This document shows, piece by piece, positions 1 through 9,637 of a stretch of 64,000 nt of DNA (position 1 is the stretch's first letter; every line of letters starts with the position of its first letter). The DNA lies in NCBI GenBank assembly GCA_965205015.1, contig OZ242029.1, positions 4,736,001 through 4,800,000 of the forward strand. The letters run 5' to 3'. Below the pieces are notes generated by a model. That model did not search any database. It was not told where the DNA came from and saw nothing but the letters and a program-made list of their open reading frames with translations. The translations under genes were made by a program, and so were the position numbers. The stretch is from Candidatus Poribacteria bacterium (lineage in GTDB: Bacteria; Poribacteria; WGA-4E; WGA-3G).

Positions 1-339
1 GACGAACCCGATCAAGTTGCCGCAGTATTAGATGAAATGGCGGAGAGCGAGGCCCAAGTTATTCTTTTTAACGGAGGCACGGGTATCGCTCCGCGAGATA
101 CCACTTTTGACATTCTCGATCGCAAACTGGAAAAGACTCTGCCCGGATTCGGAGAACTCTTTCGGATGTTTAGCTACGATCAGGTCGGCGCCGCGGCGAT
201 GCTCTCACGAGCAACAGCGGGTGTCTACCGCGGAAAAGTCGTCATCTCCACGCCGGGTTCGACGGCTGCTGTGCAATTGGCGTGGGAAAAACTGATTGGA
301 CCGGAATTACAACATCTGGCATGGGAAGTCGGACGCTGA
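1..339 (+). CDS. moaB: MoaB/MogA family molybdenum cofactor biosynthesis protein (5' truncated by window edge)
   Basis: Frame open from base 1 ([13 protein letters not shown]...). Motifs [32 protein letters not shown]. Confidence 0.85.
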   Translation, partial: DEPDQVAAVLDEMAESEAQVILFNGGTGIAPRDTTFDILDRKLEKTLPGFGELFRMFSYDQVGAAAMLSRATAGVYRGKVVISTPGSTAAVQLAWEKLIGPELQHLAWEVGR

Positions 340-341
340 TT

Positions 342-565
342 TTTAATTTTACCTTGCGGCGTAATAGCGTAGGTTTCATGTTTAGTGAACCTTCCATTTA
401 TCCGCCTGCGTGTTTTTGATAGGGTATTTCTGCGTATTGTTGCAGGCTCCATTTCTGGTAGCAAGTTGTACAGTGTTCTAAAATCTGTAAAGTCGCACGT
501 GCGTTTCTTTAAACTTGCCAACTTTAGCATACTTCAAAACTTGGAAACTGCAAGGTAAAATTAAA
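342..565. mobile_element. MITE-like element with 16-bp perfect terminal inverted repeats
   Basis: TTTAATTTTACCTTGC at 342-357 and its exact reverse complement GCAAGGTAAAATTAAA at 550-565 bracket an AT-rich intergenic segment. The same end recurs at 48022-48040. Confidence 0.6.
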
Positions 566-1418
566 GGACCTCGCGAGTGAACGTATACGCATGCCGCAAC
601 CATGAGGCGTAATAGATACCGTTCGCATAAAAGAAATAGAGCAGCTTCAACCCAACAACACCGAGCAAACAGACAAACAACACGGCGAGCAAACTATAAT
701 CCCATGCGCCCATCTTCAAAGATCGCAGCGACGTCCGCTGGGTCGCCATCTCCGGCGAGAACCCGCGACTTTCAACGGATTCGCCGAGGTGCGTCGCATG
801 CCGAATGTTACCCGCCAAAATCGGACGAAAACTGTTGATAACGCCACGGCAGGTCGCCAATAGATTGAGACGGAGATATCGGAACCCCCTTAGTCTTTGC
901 GATCGGAACACAGTCGATGCCTCATTCGCAATCACAGGAATGAAATGCAACGCCGTCGTCACCATAAAAGCGAGGGGCGCGGGCACCCGCAATTGCGCCA
1001 GTGCGAGGAGCAGATCACGGGGTTGCGTCGTCCAGACGATAAAGCATCCGATGATGAGTGTCGTGTTGAAACGGAGGGATTGGACAATTCCGTGGAACAG
1101 TCCTTCTCGATAGACACGGATGCCGCCTGTCATCCTTCCAATGAGGGGCAGGTCGGCAGGCACAAGCGTGAATAGCACAGTGCGTGGAAACTCGTTATAG
1201 AAGATCGCTTGACTGTAAACCAAACCCCACGTCGTAAAGAACAAGAACGCGCAGAGCAACCCGATCTGCCGCCACGTCGGGACGGACAGTGCCACCAACG
1301 CGAGGCTCCCAGCAAAACAGACGAGCAGTGCCGTTGGACTGTCCAGCAAAATAACAAGACATCCGCTGATGAGCATTATTAGGATTTTTGTACGGGGTTC
1401 AAATATGGTATGACGCAT
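561..1418 (-). CDS. Energy-coupling factor transporter transmembrane component T (EcfT/CbiQ family)
   Basis: EPRTKIL N-terminus, hydrophobic helices, TTQPRDL, SQRLRG and ESRGF motifs. Start moved to MRHTIF (1418) from the ORF at 1493. Confidence 0.85.
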   Translation of the reverse strand: MRHTIFEPRTKILIMLISGCLVILLDSPTALLVCFAGSLALVALSVPTWRQIGLLCAFLFFTTWGLVYSQAIFYNEFPRTVLFTLVPADLPLIGRMTGGIRVYREGLFHGIVQSLRFNTTLIIGCFIVWTTQPRDLLLALAQLRVPAPLAFMVTTALHFIPVIANEASTVFRSQRLRGFRYLRLNLLATCRGVINSFRPILAGNIRHATHLGESVESRGFSPEMATQRTSLRSLKMGAWDYSLLAVLFVCLLGVVGLKLLYFFYANGIYYASWLRHAYTFTREVL

Positions 1419-1568
1419 TGTGTGATTTTCCGTTTGCACCTCTGAGATAAGTATAACAGGTTCGGAGTCCATTTTCCAATGAAAATGCTCCACTGGACGC
1501 GGTTTCTAAACTCGTCTTTTCTTTTTCTTCTGGAAAACCGCACCCCCTGGACCTGAGATGCAAACCAT

Positions 1569-4256
1569 TTAGTGGACTAACGTCACCTTAACGGAATCCT
1601 GCCCCTCTGCGTAAGGGACCTCCCATTCAACCTGCTGCTCAGAGATCTCAACGCGTCCTGTGCTACCCCGATACGAACCCGACGACAATCCACGAACCGA
1701 GATATGCGCACATTCCGCATGCGTAGACGGCTTCGACAAAACGAGTTCCAACCGCCGTAAATCTTTCGTGAGTGTCGCCTTCTCAATGCGAGCCTTTACC
1801 GTCTCCACCGTCACACCCAGGGGCACAAAGAACGCCCTGACCCCCAATCCATCCTGCGGAATGAGCGTGTAATCGTCCGAGGTTTCAGAGACAGCGCACC
1901 CGTAACCGACAAGCCCGAAATCCGGATCCTGAACGAGGTAAGATTTTAGCATACTCAAGTTGCCGTAAAGCCCCATGCCGACCTCGCCAGAAAAGCAGCC
2001 GTTCCGATAATAGTTGTATTCTGGAGACCCCTTCTCGGGTGGGTTGAACCGCCACTCCCTACCGTTGTAGCCCTTCCCAGATGGATCGACACAACTCCAG
2101 ACTGCCAATGTCGCCCCGTAAGCCTTCTGCAGAAAGTGCTGATCCCCCGTCTGCTCATATCTATCAAAGAGCGGACGCGCCAGCAGCGGCGTTGGGTAGC
2201 ATCCGATGTATCGCATATTCGTGCAGTAGGAGAACCACATCGGCGTGGCATCGCGGCTTGCAAGGATCGTCTGCACAGTGCGCTGCTTCAACGACTCGTC
2301 GTCGGCGACCTGTGCCAAGTAATATAACGCCGCTTTCGAAGCGTGATCGAAACAATACTCCGATGCGAACGGGTACTCCTCCTCAAGGAAAAATGGGAGA
2401 CAGCTCTCAATAGCCTCTCGGAGCGTCCGATATTCAGCAACCATACCTTCCATCTTCAGCGATCCCAACAGATGCACCAGAATCGGTGAGCCCATCGGAG
2501 CATGCGTCTTAGACATGTTACCGCGATGGTAATCGATGTAATTCTTCGTCTCATAGACGCTTTCATAGGTGGAATCAAGATAAGAAGCGAGGGCAGTGTT
2601 ATAGGCGAGATCGAGATACCATAAAGGCTGGCGACTCGTTTTTATCCCGTGCAACGTGGTAATCCGATACATCTGATAGTAGATGTTGTAGACGTGCGGA
2701 TAGTTATAGATCCGCCAGACATAATCCCATCGGCGCCACGAACCCGGTCGGAGCCCGATGAGTGAGTTTAGCACCTGATAGTTGTCTCTGTTCTGTAGCT
2801 TCCCGTAGAGAAACTTCTCAATGAATTCGTCGAGGGCGTGGATCTCCTTTTCGTCGGGGTAATAGGCATTTTTTCCAGCGAGAAAGACGGGAGGTGCAAA
2901 GCATCGGTCATCACTGCCCCCCATATCAATCGAGCCGCACGGTGCCTCCTCCTCCACGATAAGTCTCTCCTCCTCGTTATTCCAGATACGAAAACTGTAG
3001 TGACAGAGATCGTCAGGATCTTCGACACGCTGATTCTCTACGATGAATTTGGCGCGCGCTTTCATCAAGCTCTCGATCCCCGCGATACCCTTGAACAATA
3101 GATGTGTCCACTCATCGTCACCGTAGCGGATTGTCACCTTCTGTTCACCCATAGAAGTCAGACGGACGGTATAGGTGTGACGGTCCCCCATCGCTGCCAT
3201 GGGTTCAACTTCAATGCCATTGGCAGTCTCAATCGCTGTGATCGGCTTCTTGCATCGGAGCAGCAGATGTGCCGTCGTGCCGACGGGTAGCACCATCCCC
3301 GGCACAATCTTCACGGCGACGTTCCCGTTCTCATACAATTTCTCACCGATTTCGGCAGAGTCCTTGACCCGACAGAGTGTGAAACTGAAAGTCCGTTTTT
3401 CATCGGGTGCCAAAGTGAGCGAACGGTGCCCATTGTACCAGGGTTCCTCCGCAGCAGCTTCGGAAAACAGATAAAACATGGAACCGGCACCCGTCATCAT
3501 CTCGGTATTGGGAAAAAGTCCATACCCCGAAATCGCCTCCAGTGCCGTATCGCTTTGTGGAACAATCAGTAACTGGTCCCCTTTCCCACTCGCACGCGTC
3601 GCCAGGATATAGGACGAATGTCCCGAGACAAACGAACTCTCAATCACACGTTGCTCAAAGACATATTTCGTAGACTCAATCGACCGATGATTGAAGCCCT
3701 GTTTTTCATCACCGATGTTGTAGTTCGTATTCAGTGTGATCGGGAGTCCGAGTTCCCCGATTTCGACAGGCTCCTGCGAAGTGTTATGAAGCGTGATCGT
3801 CCATAGAATCGCATCGCCGCTCTGCGGGTTTCCTCGAAACGCATAACGTTGCTCAATATTGAGATGCTGGAGTCCACCCTGATTGACAGAATTGCCCTCA
3901 TAACGGGTGGTTATGGAATCATCGTCGTACGTCACTGTCCGGACATCGTCGCTGAGGAAGGTGTGCATCGCGTGCCACCCCGTTTCACCCGAAAGACGCG
4001 CTTTCAGCACAACGTCGCCAGTCCAGCAGTGCATCGGAATGCGTTGCGCCTTTTCAGGGACATGCCGTTGCTTCCACCAGATGTTGAGACGCATGTTCTG
4101 CTCATTCCCGAAGAAGTTCGTGCCTTGTGCGTCCTCTGTCAGGTATAAACCCTTGATAACACCGCTGCGTCTATCCACATCGAGGATATACTGTTCATTC
4201 GTCAAACGGAGGTATGCATCGTGGGGGGTATAGCGTGCGTATCGGACTTGTAGCAT
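1569..4256 (-). CDS. DUF5695-like putative glycoside hydrolase
   Basis: 895 aa. Motifs VEIGELGLP, WRIYNYPHV, PFASEYCFD, SGEVGMGLYG, DPDFGLVGYG. Confidence 0.7.
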   Translation of the reverse strand: MLQVRYARYTPHDAYLRLTNEQYILDVDRRSGVIKGLYLTEDAQGTNFFGNEQNMRLNIWWKQRHVPEKAQRIPMHCWTGDVVLKARLSGETGWHAMHTFLSDDVRTVTYDDDSITTRYEGNSVNQGGLQHLNIEQRYAFRGNPQSGDAILWTITLHNTSQEPVEIGELGLPITLNTNYNIGDEKQGFNHRSIESTKYVFEQRVIESSFVSGHSSYILATRASGKGDQLLIVPQSDTALEAISGYGLFPNTEMMTGAGSMFYLFSEAAAEEPWYNGHRSLTLAPDEKRTFSFTLCRVKDSAEIGEKLYENGNVAVKIVPGMVLPVGTTAHLLLRCKKPITAIETANGIEVEPMAAMGDRHTYTVRLTSMGEQKVTIRYGDDEWTHLLFKGIAGIESLMKARAKFIVENQRVEDPDDLCHYSFRIWNNEEERLIVEEEAPCGSIDMGGSDDRCFAPPVFLAGKNAYYPDEKEIHALDEFIEKFLYGKLQNRDNYQVLNSLIGLRPGSWRRWDYVWRIYNYPHVYNIYYQMYRITTLHGIKTSRQPLWYLDLAYNTALASYLDSTYESVYETKNYIDYHRGNMSKTHAPMGSPILVHLLGSLKMEGMVAEYRTLREAIESCLPFFLEEEYPFASEYCFDHASKAALYYLAQVADDESLKQRTVQTILASRDATPMWFSYCTNMRYIGCYPTPLLARPLFDRYEQTGDQHFLQKAYGATLAVWSCVDPSGKGYNGREWRFNPPEKGSPEYNYYRNGCFSGEVGMGLYGNLSMLKSYLVQDPDFGLVGYGCAVSETSDDYTLIPQDGLGVRAFFVPLGVTVETVKARIEKATLTKDLRRLELVLSKPSTHAECAHISVRGLSSGSYRGSTGRVEISEQQVEWEVPYAEGQDSVKVTLVH

Positions 4257-4356
4257 AATCGTTGCTCGCTTTCACGGGGTAACGGAGAGTTTTTCTTGAG
4301 AATACCCGTTTTGGGGAAATCTGTCAAGAAAAAATAGTCACATCGAAATCTTCCTG

Positions 4357-4386
4357 TTGACAAACATCTCAACCTATGATAAACTT
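4357..4386 (+). promoter_or_regulatory. sigma70-type promoter for the dehydrogenase gene
   Basis: TTGACA at 4357, then TATGAT/TAAACT -10 candidates. AAGGAG RBS before 4439. Confidence 0.5.
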
Positions 4387-4438
4387 CGGTTCATGTGAAC
4401 CACTATCACAGAAAATTTTATAACCAAGGAGAAGCTCA

Positions 4439-5386
4439 ATGGCGAACATCAAAGTTTTGATTGCCAGTGGAATTAGCCAAGAAGTTGCGGATATGCTGAA
4501 GGATGCCCCCCCGGAAATGGACATCAGCTTCCTACCGGAGGGTGAAGCACTGAAAGACCACATCTCAGACGCTGAAATCCTTTACGGCGTCGTGTCAGAG
4601 GAGGCCCTCCCCCAAGCGACATCGCTACAGTGGGTGATGCAGCCCTTCGTAGGCGTGGAAAGGTCCATGTACCCGGCCTTCAAAGAGAGCCCCATCACCC
4701 TGATAAACAGTAAACGTTTATATGGACCCCAACTCGCCGAACACGCCTTCGCGTTGCTGCTGTCCCTGACACGGGGGATCAACACACAGCTCGATTTGAT
4801 GCGTGATAAGGAATGGAAGTGGACACAGTGCGTCGAGGTATCGGGAATGACGATGGGTGTTCTCGGACTTGGAGGTATCGGCAGAGCGGTCGCGCAACGT
4901 GCCAAAGCCTTCGACTTCCACGTGATTGCTGTCGATCCCGAACCGATGGAAAAGCCAGACACCGTCGACGAATTGGGGCAACTCGACTGGCTACCGGAGT
5001 TCCTGTCTCGGTCCGATGTTTTGACGGTCTGCTGCCCAATCACACCGCAAACCCATAAACTGCTATCCCATGCAGAATTCGATGCCTTGCCAGAGGGTTG
5101 CTTCTTCATCAACGTCAGTCGCGGTAAAGTTGTGGACGAGGATGCCCTGATTGCTGCGTTGAAAAGCGGGAAACTGGCGGGTGCGGGGTTGGATGTGACC
5201 TATACGGAACCGTGTCCAGAAGACAACCCTTTATGGACACTTCCGAACGTGATCCTAACGTCCCATACCGCGGGCGCGTCGCAAAATATCGCCAAACGCG
5301 CAATGGAACTTTTCATCGACAACATGCACAAATACGTGAACGGTGAACCGCTCACCAATGTCGTAGATAAGGAAAAAGGGTATTAA
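4439..5386 (+). CDS. D-2-hydroxyacid dehydrogenase (NAD-binding)
   Basis: GLGGIG Rossmann motif, INVSRG, AGLDV, EP, SHTAG. Confidence 0.92.
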   Translation: MANIKVLIASGISQEVADMLKDAPPEMDISFLPEGEALKDHISDAEILYGVVSEEALPQATSLQWVMQPFVGVERSMYPAFKESPITLINSKRLYGPQLAEHAFALLLSLTRGINTQLDLMRDKEWKWTQCVEVSGMTMGVLGLGGIGRAVAQRAKAFDFHVIAVDPEPMEKPDTVDELGQLDWLPEFLSRSDVLTVCCPITPQTHKLLSHAEFDALPEGCFFINVSRGKVVDEDALIAALKSGKLAGAGLDVTYTEPCPEDNPLWTLPNVILTSHTAGASQNIAKRAMELFIDNMHKYVNGEPLTNVVDKEKGY

Positions 5387-6525
5387 CCCTCTATTACAAA
5401 GGCTTCCAACGCCTCTGTATCTATCACAATACCGAGTCCGGGCATATCATCAATGACGAAAGCCCCATCTTCGACGATCGGTTTTCGCGTGGTGATTTGC
5501 CCTTTCGACGCATACGCTTCAGGCGAATGCTCCATAATCAGGAAGTTGGGGATTGTCGCTGAGAATTGCACCGTTGCGGCGATCGAGAGGATCCCCCCGC
5601 CACCGATGTGCGGCGTTACCGGAATGTTATAGGTATCGGCGAGGCTTGCGATGCGTTTTCCCTCTGTGAGCCCCGTGCGGGCAATATCGGGCATAGTGAT
5701 GTCGCAGGCGCGACGTTCAAATACCTCCCGTAACTCATAACGGGTCCGTGTCCACTCACCGATAGCGACCGACATATCCAGTGCCTGTGCCAATGCCGCC
5801 TGTCCGGGAATGTCCTCCGGTGCCGTCGGCGACTCTAACCACATCACGTCCAATTCCTCAAGCCCGCGTCCGAGCCGTGTTGCTTCTGGGACGCTGTATT
5901 GGGTATGGAGGTCCACCATCAATTTGATCTCTGGACCGACCTGTTCACGCACCGCCGCGACGATTTCCAAAATCTCGGCGCGCCCGTGCGTCGAGTGAAT
6001 TTTTAACCCGCCGTACCCCTGTGAGACATGCTTAGCCGCCTGTACCGCCGCCGCTTCCGGCGTGCTGCCGCCAACACCGGCGTATAAGGGAATCCGATCC
6101 CGATAGCGTCCACCCAGCACCTTGTGAACGGGTTTCGCCGTCGCTTTCCCGATGATGTCCCACAGTGCGATGTCACACCCCGCGAGTGCATCAATAAAGA
6201 AGCCGGTATAGTGTCCACGCTCCCGCATCGCCGTAAACATCCGTTGCCAAAGATATTCTACGTCAAACGGGTCCTTTCCCATCAGTATCGGACGACACAG
6301 ATCCTCAACGATTGTTTTGGAGGTGCGCGGTGAAACGGGACTTTGTCCTTCGCCATACCCGACGATACCCTCTGACGTCGTAATCCGTACAACCATCGTC
6401 TCATGGTGGCGCGAGTAGATGGGGCGCCATCCTTCAGCGGGTAAGTAATAGCTGTCCGTGTGTTCTTCCGATGATTTCTCGGTTTGGTATCGGAGCGCGA
6501 ACGCTTCAATCTGTGTAATTTTCAT
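5383..6525 (-). CDS. Mandelate racemase/muconate lactonizing enzyme family (enolase superfamily dehydratase)
   Basis: DIALWDIIGK, LMVD, WLESP, GE, TPH, PGLG. Confidence 0.92.
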   Translation of the reverse strand: MKITQIEAFALRYQTEKSSEEHTDSYYLPAEGWRPIYSRHHETMVVRITTSEGIVGYGEGQSPVSPRTSKTIVEDLCRPILMGKDPFDVEYLWQRMFTAMRERGHYTGFFIDALAGCDIALWDIIGKATAKPVHKVLGGRYRDRIPLYAGVGGSTPEAAAVQAAKHVSQGYGGLKIHSTHGRAEILEIVAAVREQVGPEIKLMVDLHTQYSVPEATRLGRGLEELDVMWLESPTAPEDIPGQAALAQALDMSVAIGEWTRTRYELREVFERRACDITMPDIARTGLTEGKRIASLADTYNIPVTPHIGGGGILSIAATVQFSATIPNFLIMEHSPEAYASKGQITTRKPIVEDGAFVIDDMPGLGIVIDTEALEAFVIEG

Positions 6526-6671
6526 GGTTAAATACCCTCTTTGACATCAATACCTCGTGACAGATTTTCTTGAACTTTTACCCGAATAAACGTAAAATAT
6601 GAGGAGACGGTTCACTTTTCTATGACGACACACCACGACTTTTCACCGATCGCCCAGCTATTCAAATCCTC

Positions 6672-8615
6672 ATGATGCCTTCACCACGTTCACCTATAGA
6701 TACACCAAATCATGAAAAAATCACTCTCCGCACCATCCTCATATCCCTGCTACTCCTGCCCTTCATCTACAAATGGCATATTGCGTGTGAAGCCCTCCGA
6801 TACACCTTTCCAACATTGATGGCACCGTTTTATAGCGTCGTGTTTACGCTCTTAGTCATCTCAGTGTTCAACATCGTTGTAAAGAAATACGCCGCAAAAC
6901 ATGCCCTAACAGGCGGCGAACTGATTAGCCTTTATGTTCTGATGTCCATAACACTGCTGTTCATGTCTTATGATATGTTCCTACCCCTCGTCTCAATTAT
7001 CGTTCACGCTTTCTATTTCGGCACTCCTGAAAACGAATGGCGCGAGTTGTTTTGGCGTTATCTACCGGAGTGGTTAACAATCAATGATCCGCGTGTGCTC
7101 CGCGCATTCTATCTCGGCGATGCCCCGTTTTTTGAAACGCACTCTGTGAAGAAATGGGTGATACCGACGTTCTGGTGGTGCACCTTCACTTTTGCGCTGA
7201 TCTTCGTGATGCAGTGTATCAATGTCATCATCCGAAAACAGTGGACAGAGCAGGAACGTCTCGTGTATCCGATTGTTGAACTTCCGTATCAACTCGCGTA
7301 CAATACAAACCAATTCCTTCGAAACCGGGCGATGTGGTGGGGATTCGGCATTGCGTCACTCATCAGTCTTGCCAACGGGCTTAACATCTTTTTTCCTTCA
7401 ATTCCTGCTTTCCCAAACAAGCACATACCTCTCAACGCATTATTCACTGAAAAGCCGTGGACGGCCTTTCTTCGCGGTGGGAATGCGATTATTGTCTATC
7501 CCTTCGCAGTCGGACTTGGTTTTCTGATGCCGCTTGACTTGCTTATATCATGCCTGCTCTTTTTCTTTCTTTACAAAGTGCAATATTTTATCGCTATCCT
7601 CACCGGACTCGAAAACGTCCCTGGCTTTCCGTATCCGTACGAACAGAATACCGGGGCATACATCGGTATCTGCATAGTCGCGCTTTGGAGTACACGACGG
7701 CAGATTTGGCGGGCGTTCCGTACAGCATTTGGACGCAGCCAAGCAACGGACGAAGCAGAACCGATGCGCTATCGAACCGCGCTTTTGGGGATTATTTTCG
7801 GTGGAATATTCATCATTGGATTCGCGATGCGCGGCGGAATGGCGATGTGGATCGCGATTCTATTCTTTGCCGCACATTTTGCAACGATCGCGATTCCACT
7901 GACACGCATTCGAGCGCAAATAGGGTTCCCGATTCACTCAACAACCTTTATCGGTCCGCACCATAGCCTTATCAGTATACTTGGCACGCGGCGCATCGGT
8001 GCCCGAAACCTAACATGGTTTGCCCTCTTTTTCTGGTTCAATCGAGACAATCGAAGCCACCCAATGCCGCATCAACTTGAAGCGTTTAAACTTGCCGAAC
8101 GCGGCAACATCGATGTAAAAGGCCTGTCCCGTCTGATGATTCTCCTGACACTCCTCGCGATGCCGCTATGCATTTTCATGCTCGTAGATACATTCTTTGA
8201 ACTTGGGGTTAATACCGGCAAAGTGGGGGGACAGATTAACAGTTTCGGTGGACGTGCGTATCGTTTCCTTGAGGGATGGCTCACGTCGCCACAAGACCCA
8301 AACAGGGGTCATATCGCTGCGATAATATTCGGTTTCTCTCTCACAACCTTGCTTTCAGCGGTGCGGAGTCGACTGTTCTGGTGGCCCATCCATCCGCTCG
8401 GTTACGGGGTATCCTTCCACCTACACCTTTTCTGGGCGGCGTTTGCCATCAGTGCGCTCGTCAAATGGAGTGTCTTAAAATATGGCGGACTCGGGCTCTA
8501 TCGAAAAACAGTGCCCCTCTTCCTCGGATTAGCACTCGGAGATTTTGTCATGGGGAGTTTCTGGAATATCTTAAGCATTCTCCTTGACAGACCGACGTAC
8601 ACATTTTATTATTAA
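6672..8615 (+). CDS. Multi-pass membrane protein, DUF6785/DUF6784 (OPT transporter-like)
   Basis: RKQWTEQERLVYPI, WWPIHPLGY, YGGLGLYRK..PLFLGL motifs. Many TM helices. Confidence 0.75.
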   Translation: MMPSPRSPIDTPNHEKITLRTILISLLLLPFIYKWHIACEALRYTFPTLMAPFYSVVFTLLVISVFNIVVKKYAAKHALTGGELISLYVLMSITLLFMSYDMFLPLVSIIVHAFYFGTPENEWRELFWRYLPEWLTINDPRVLRAFYLGDAPFFETHSVKKWVIPTFWWCTFTFALIFVMQCINVIIRKQWTEQERLVYPIVELPYQLAYNTNQFLRNRAMWWGFGIASLISLANGLNIFFPSIPAFPNKHIPLNALFTEKPWTAFLRGGNAIIVYPFAVGLGFLMPLDLLISCLLFFFLYKVQYFIAILTGLENVPGFPYPYEQNTGAYIGICIVALWSTRRQIWRAFRTAFGRSQATDEAEPMRYRTALLGIIFGGIFIIGFAMRGGMAMWIAILFFAAHFATIAIPLTRIRAQIGFPIHSTTFIGPHHSLISILGTRRIGARNLTWFALFFWFNRDNRSHPMPHQLEAFKLAERGNIDVKGLSRLMILLTLLAMPLCIFMLVDTFFELGVNTGKVGGQINSFGGRAYRFLEGWLTSPQDPNRGHIAAIIFGFSLTTLLSAVRSRLFWWPIHPLGYGVSFHLHLFWAAFAISALVKWSVLKYGGLGLYRKTVPLFLGLALGDFVMGSFWNILSILLDRPTYTFYY

Positions 8616-8654
8616 ACTGGAACCGACAGACTTTGAGCATCGCCTGAACAAATG

Positions 8655-9386
8655 TTACAATCGCTGCTTGATTTTCCCCCAAGTGGTCGCGAGTTTGTCT
8701 GAAGCGGAAACCGCTTGCGGTTTGCCAGCCGTTTCACCCTCACCGTCTCCCATTTCAATGTCATCAATATAAGCATTCAGAGCATCAGGATGGTCCCAAC
8801 CGAAGAAGATCCAACTGAGACTCGGATTCACGCCGCCTTTGCCCCCTTCGCCTCTAAAACCGAAATCATCGACGATCTGTTCGTCATCGACGTAAAAGTC
8901 ATACGTTTTCTTTTTAAAGTCAAGCACGATGCGGAAATGGTGCCATTCCCCCAGTTTTAGCTCCCCCACCTGTTGTCCTGCATTGCCGTCGAGCGCATGG
9001 ATAGAGGTATCCCCCCGGGTATTAAACACGGCAGCTCCTCCCCACTTGATGGCATCTCCACCGATATAAAACAGCATTATGCCTGCGCCCTTATCCCGTT
9101 GCGTGAATAACGAAACATACTGAGTTCCATCATGTGTGCCTTCGAAACTTCTGAGGACCATTGTGTTTTCTGTGATTAGAATGCTTTTGCCTGTGTCCCC
9201 GCGTTTCACCTCGCTGCTAATTTGGCAAGTTTTTTGGTTCATGGCGGTTTTCCAGTCATCTTGCCCAGCGATGTCCCCATCTTTGAAGTTGTCAAAATTC
9301 TCACTGTACCACACGTTACAAAACGCATTGACTCCGAAAAATAGGAGTCCGAAACTGAATGCCAAACTTCGCTTTAACACCCTCAT
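8655..9386 (-). CDS. Secreted LamG/concanavalin-like jelly-roll protein with C-terminal KLATTWGKIK motif
   Basis: Signal peptide, GEWHHF, YVDD, YIDDI. C-terminal AVSASDKLATTWGKIK. Confidence 0.75.
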   Translation of the reverse strand: MRVLKRSLAFSFGLLFFGVNAFCNVWYSENFDNFKDGDIAGQDDWKTAMNQKTCQISSEVKRGDTGKSILITENTMVLRSFEGTHDGTQYVSLFTQRDKGAGIMLFYIGGDAIKWGGAAVFNTRGDTSIHALDGNAGQQVGELKLGEWHHFRIVLDFKKKTYDFYVDDEQIVDDFGFRGEGGKGGVNPSLSWIFFGWDHPDALNAYIDDIEMGDGEGETAGKPQAVSASDKLATTWGKIKQRL

Positions 9387-9637
9387 AATAAGCCTCCTGA
9401 CAGTTTTGTTATGCTACCGTATCATGCCACCAATTACAGATACGCCTATCATACCAGAATTTCTGACCAAAATCAAACGTTTTTTAAAGTGTACGGGACC
9501 ATTTAAACAGTTCTGACGAAATGTCAATCAACTCTTCCCTTTTTTCTCAGAACATGCTATGATCTCACCAATTGCGGAAACACACAGCTAAAAAAGATTT
9601 CGGGTCTACCTTCACACGTCCACTATCAGAAAAAACC

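Noticed and set aside
225-530. 101-aa minus-strand ORF inside the MITE-like element
   Set aside because: Runs antisense into moaB, with no recognisable transposase catalytic motif.
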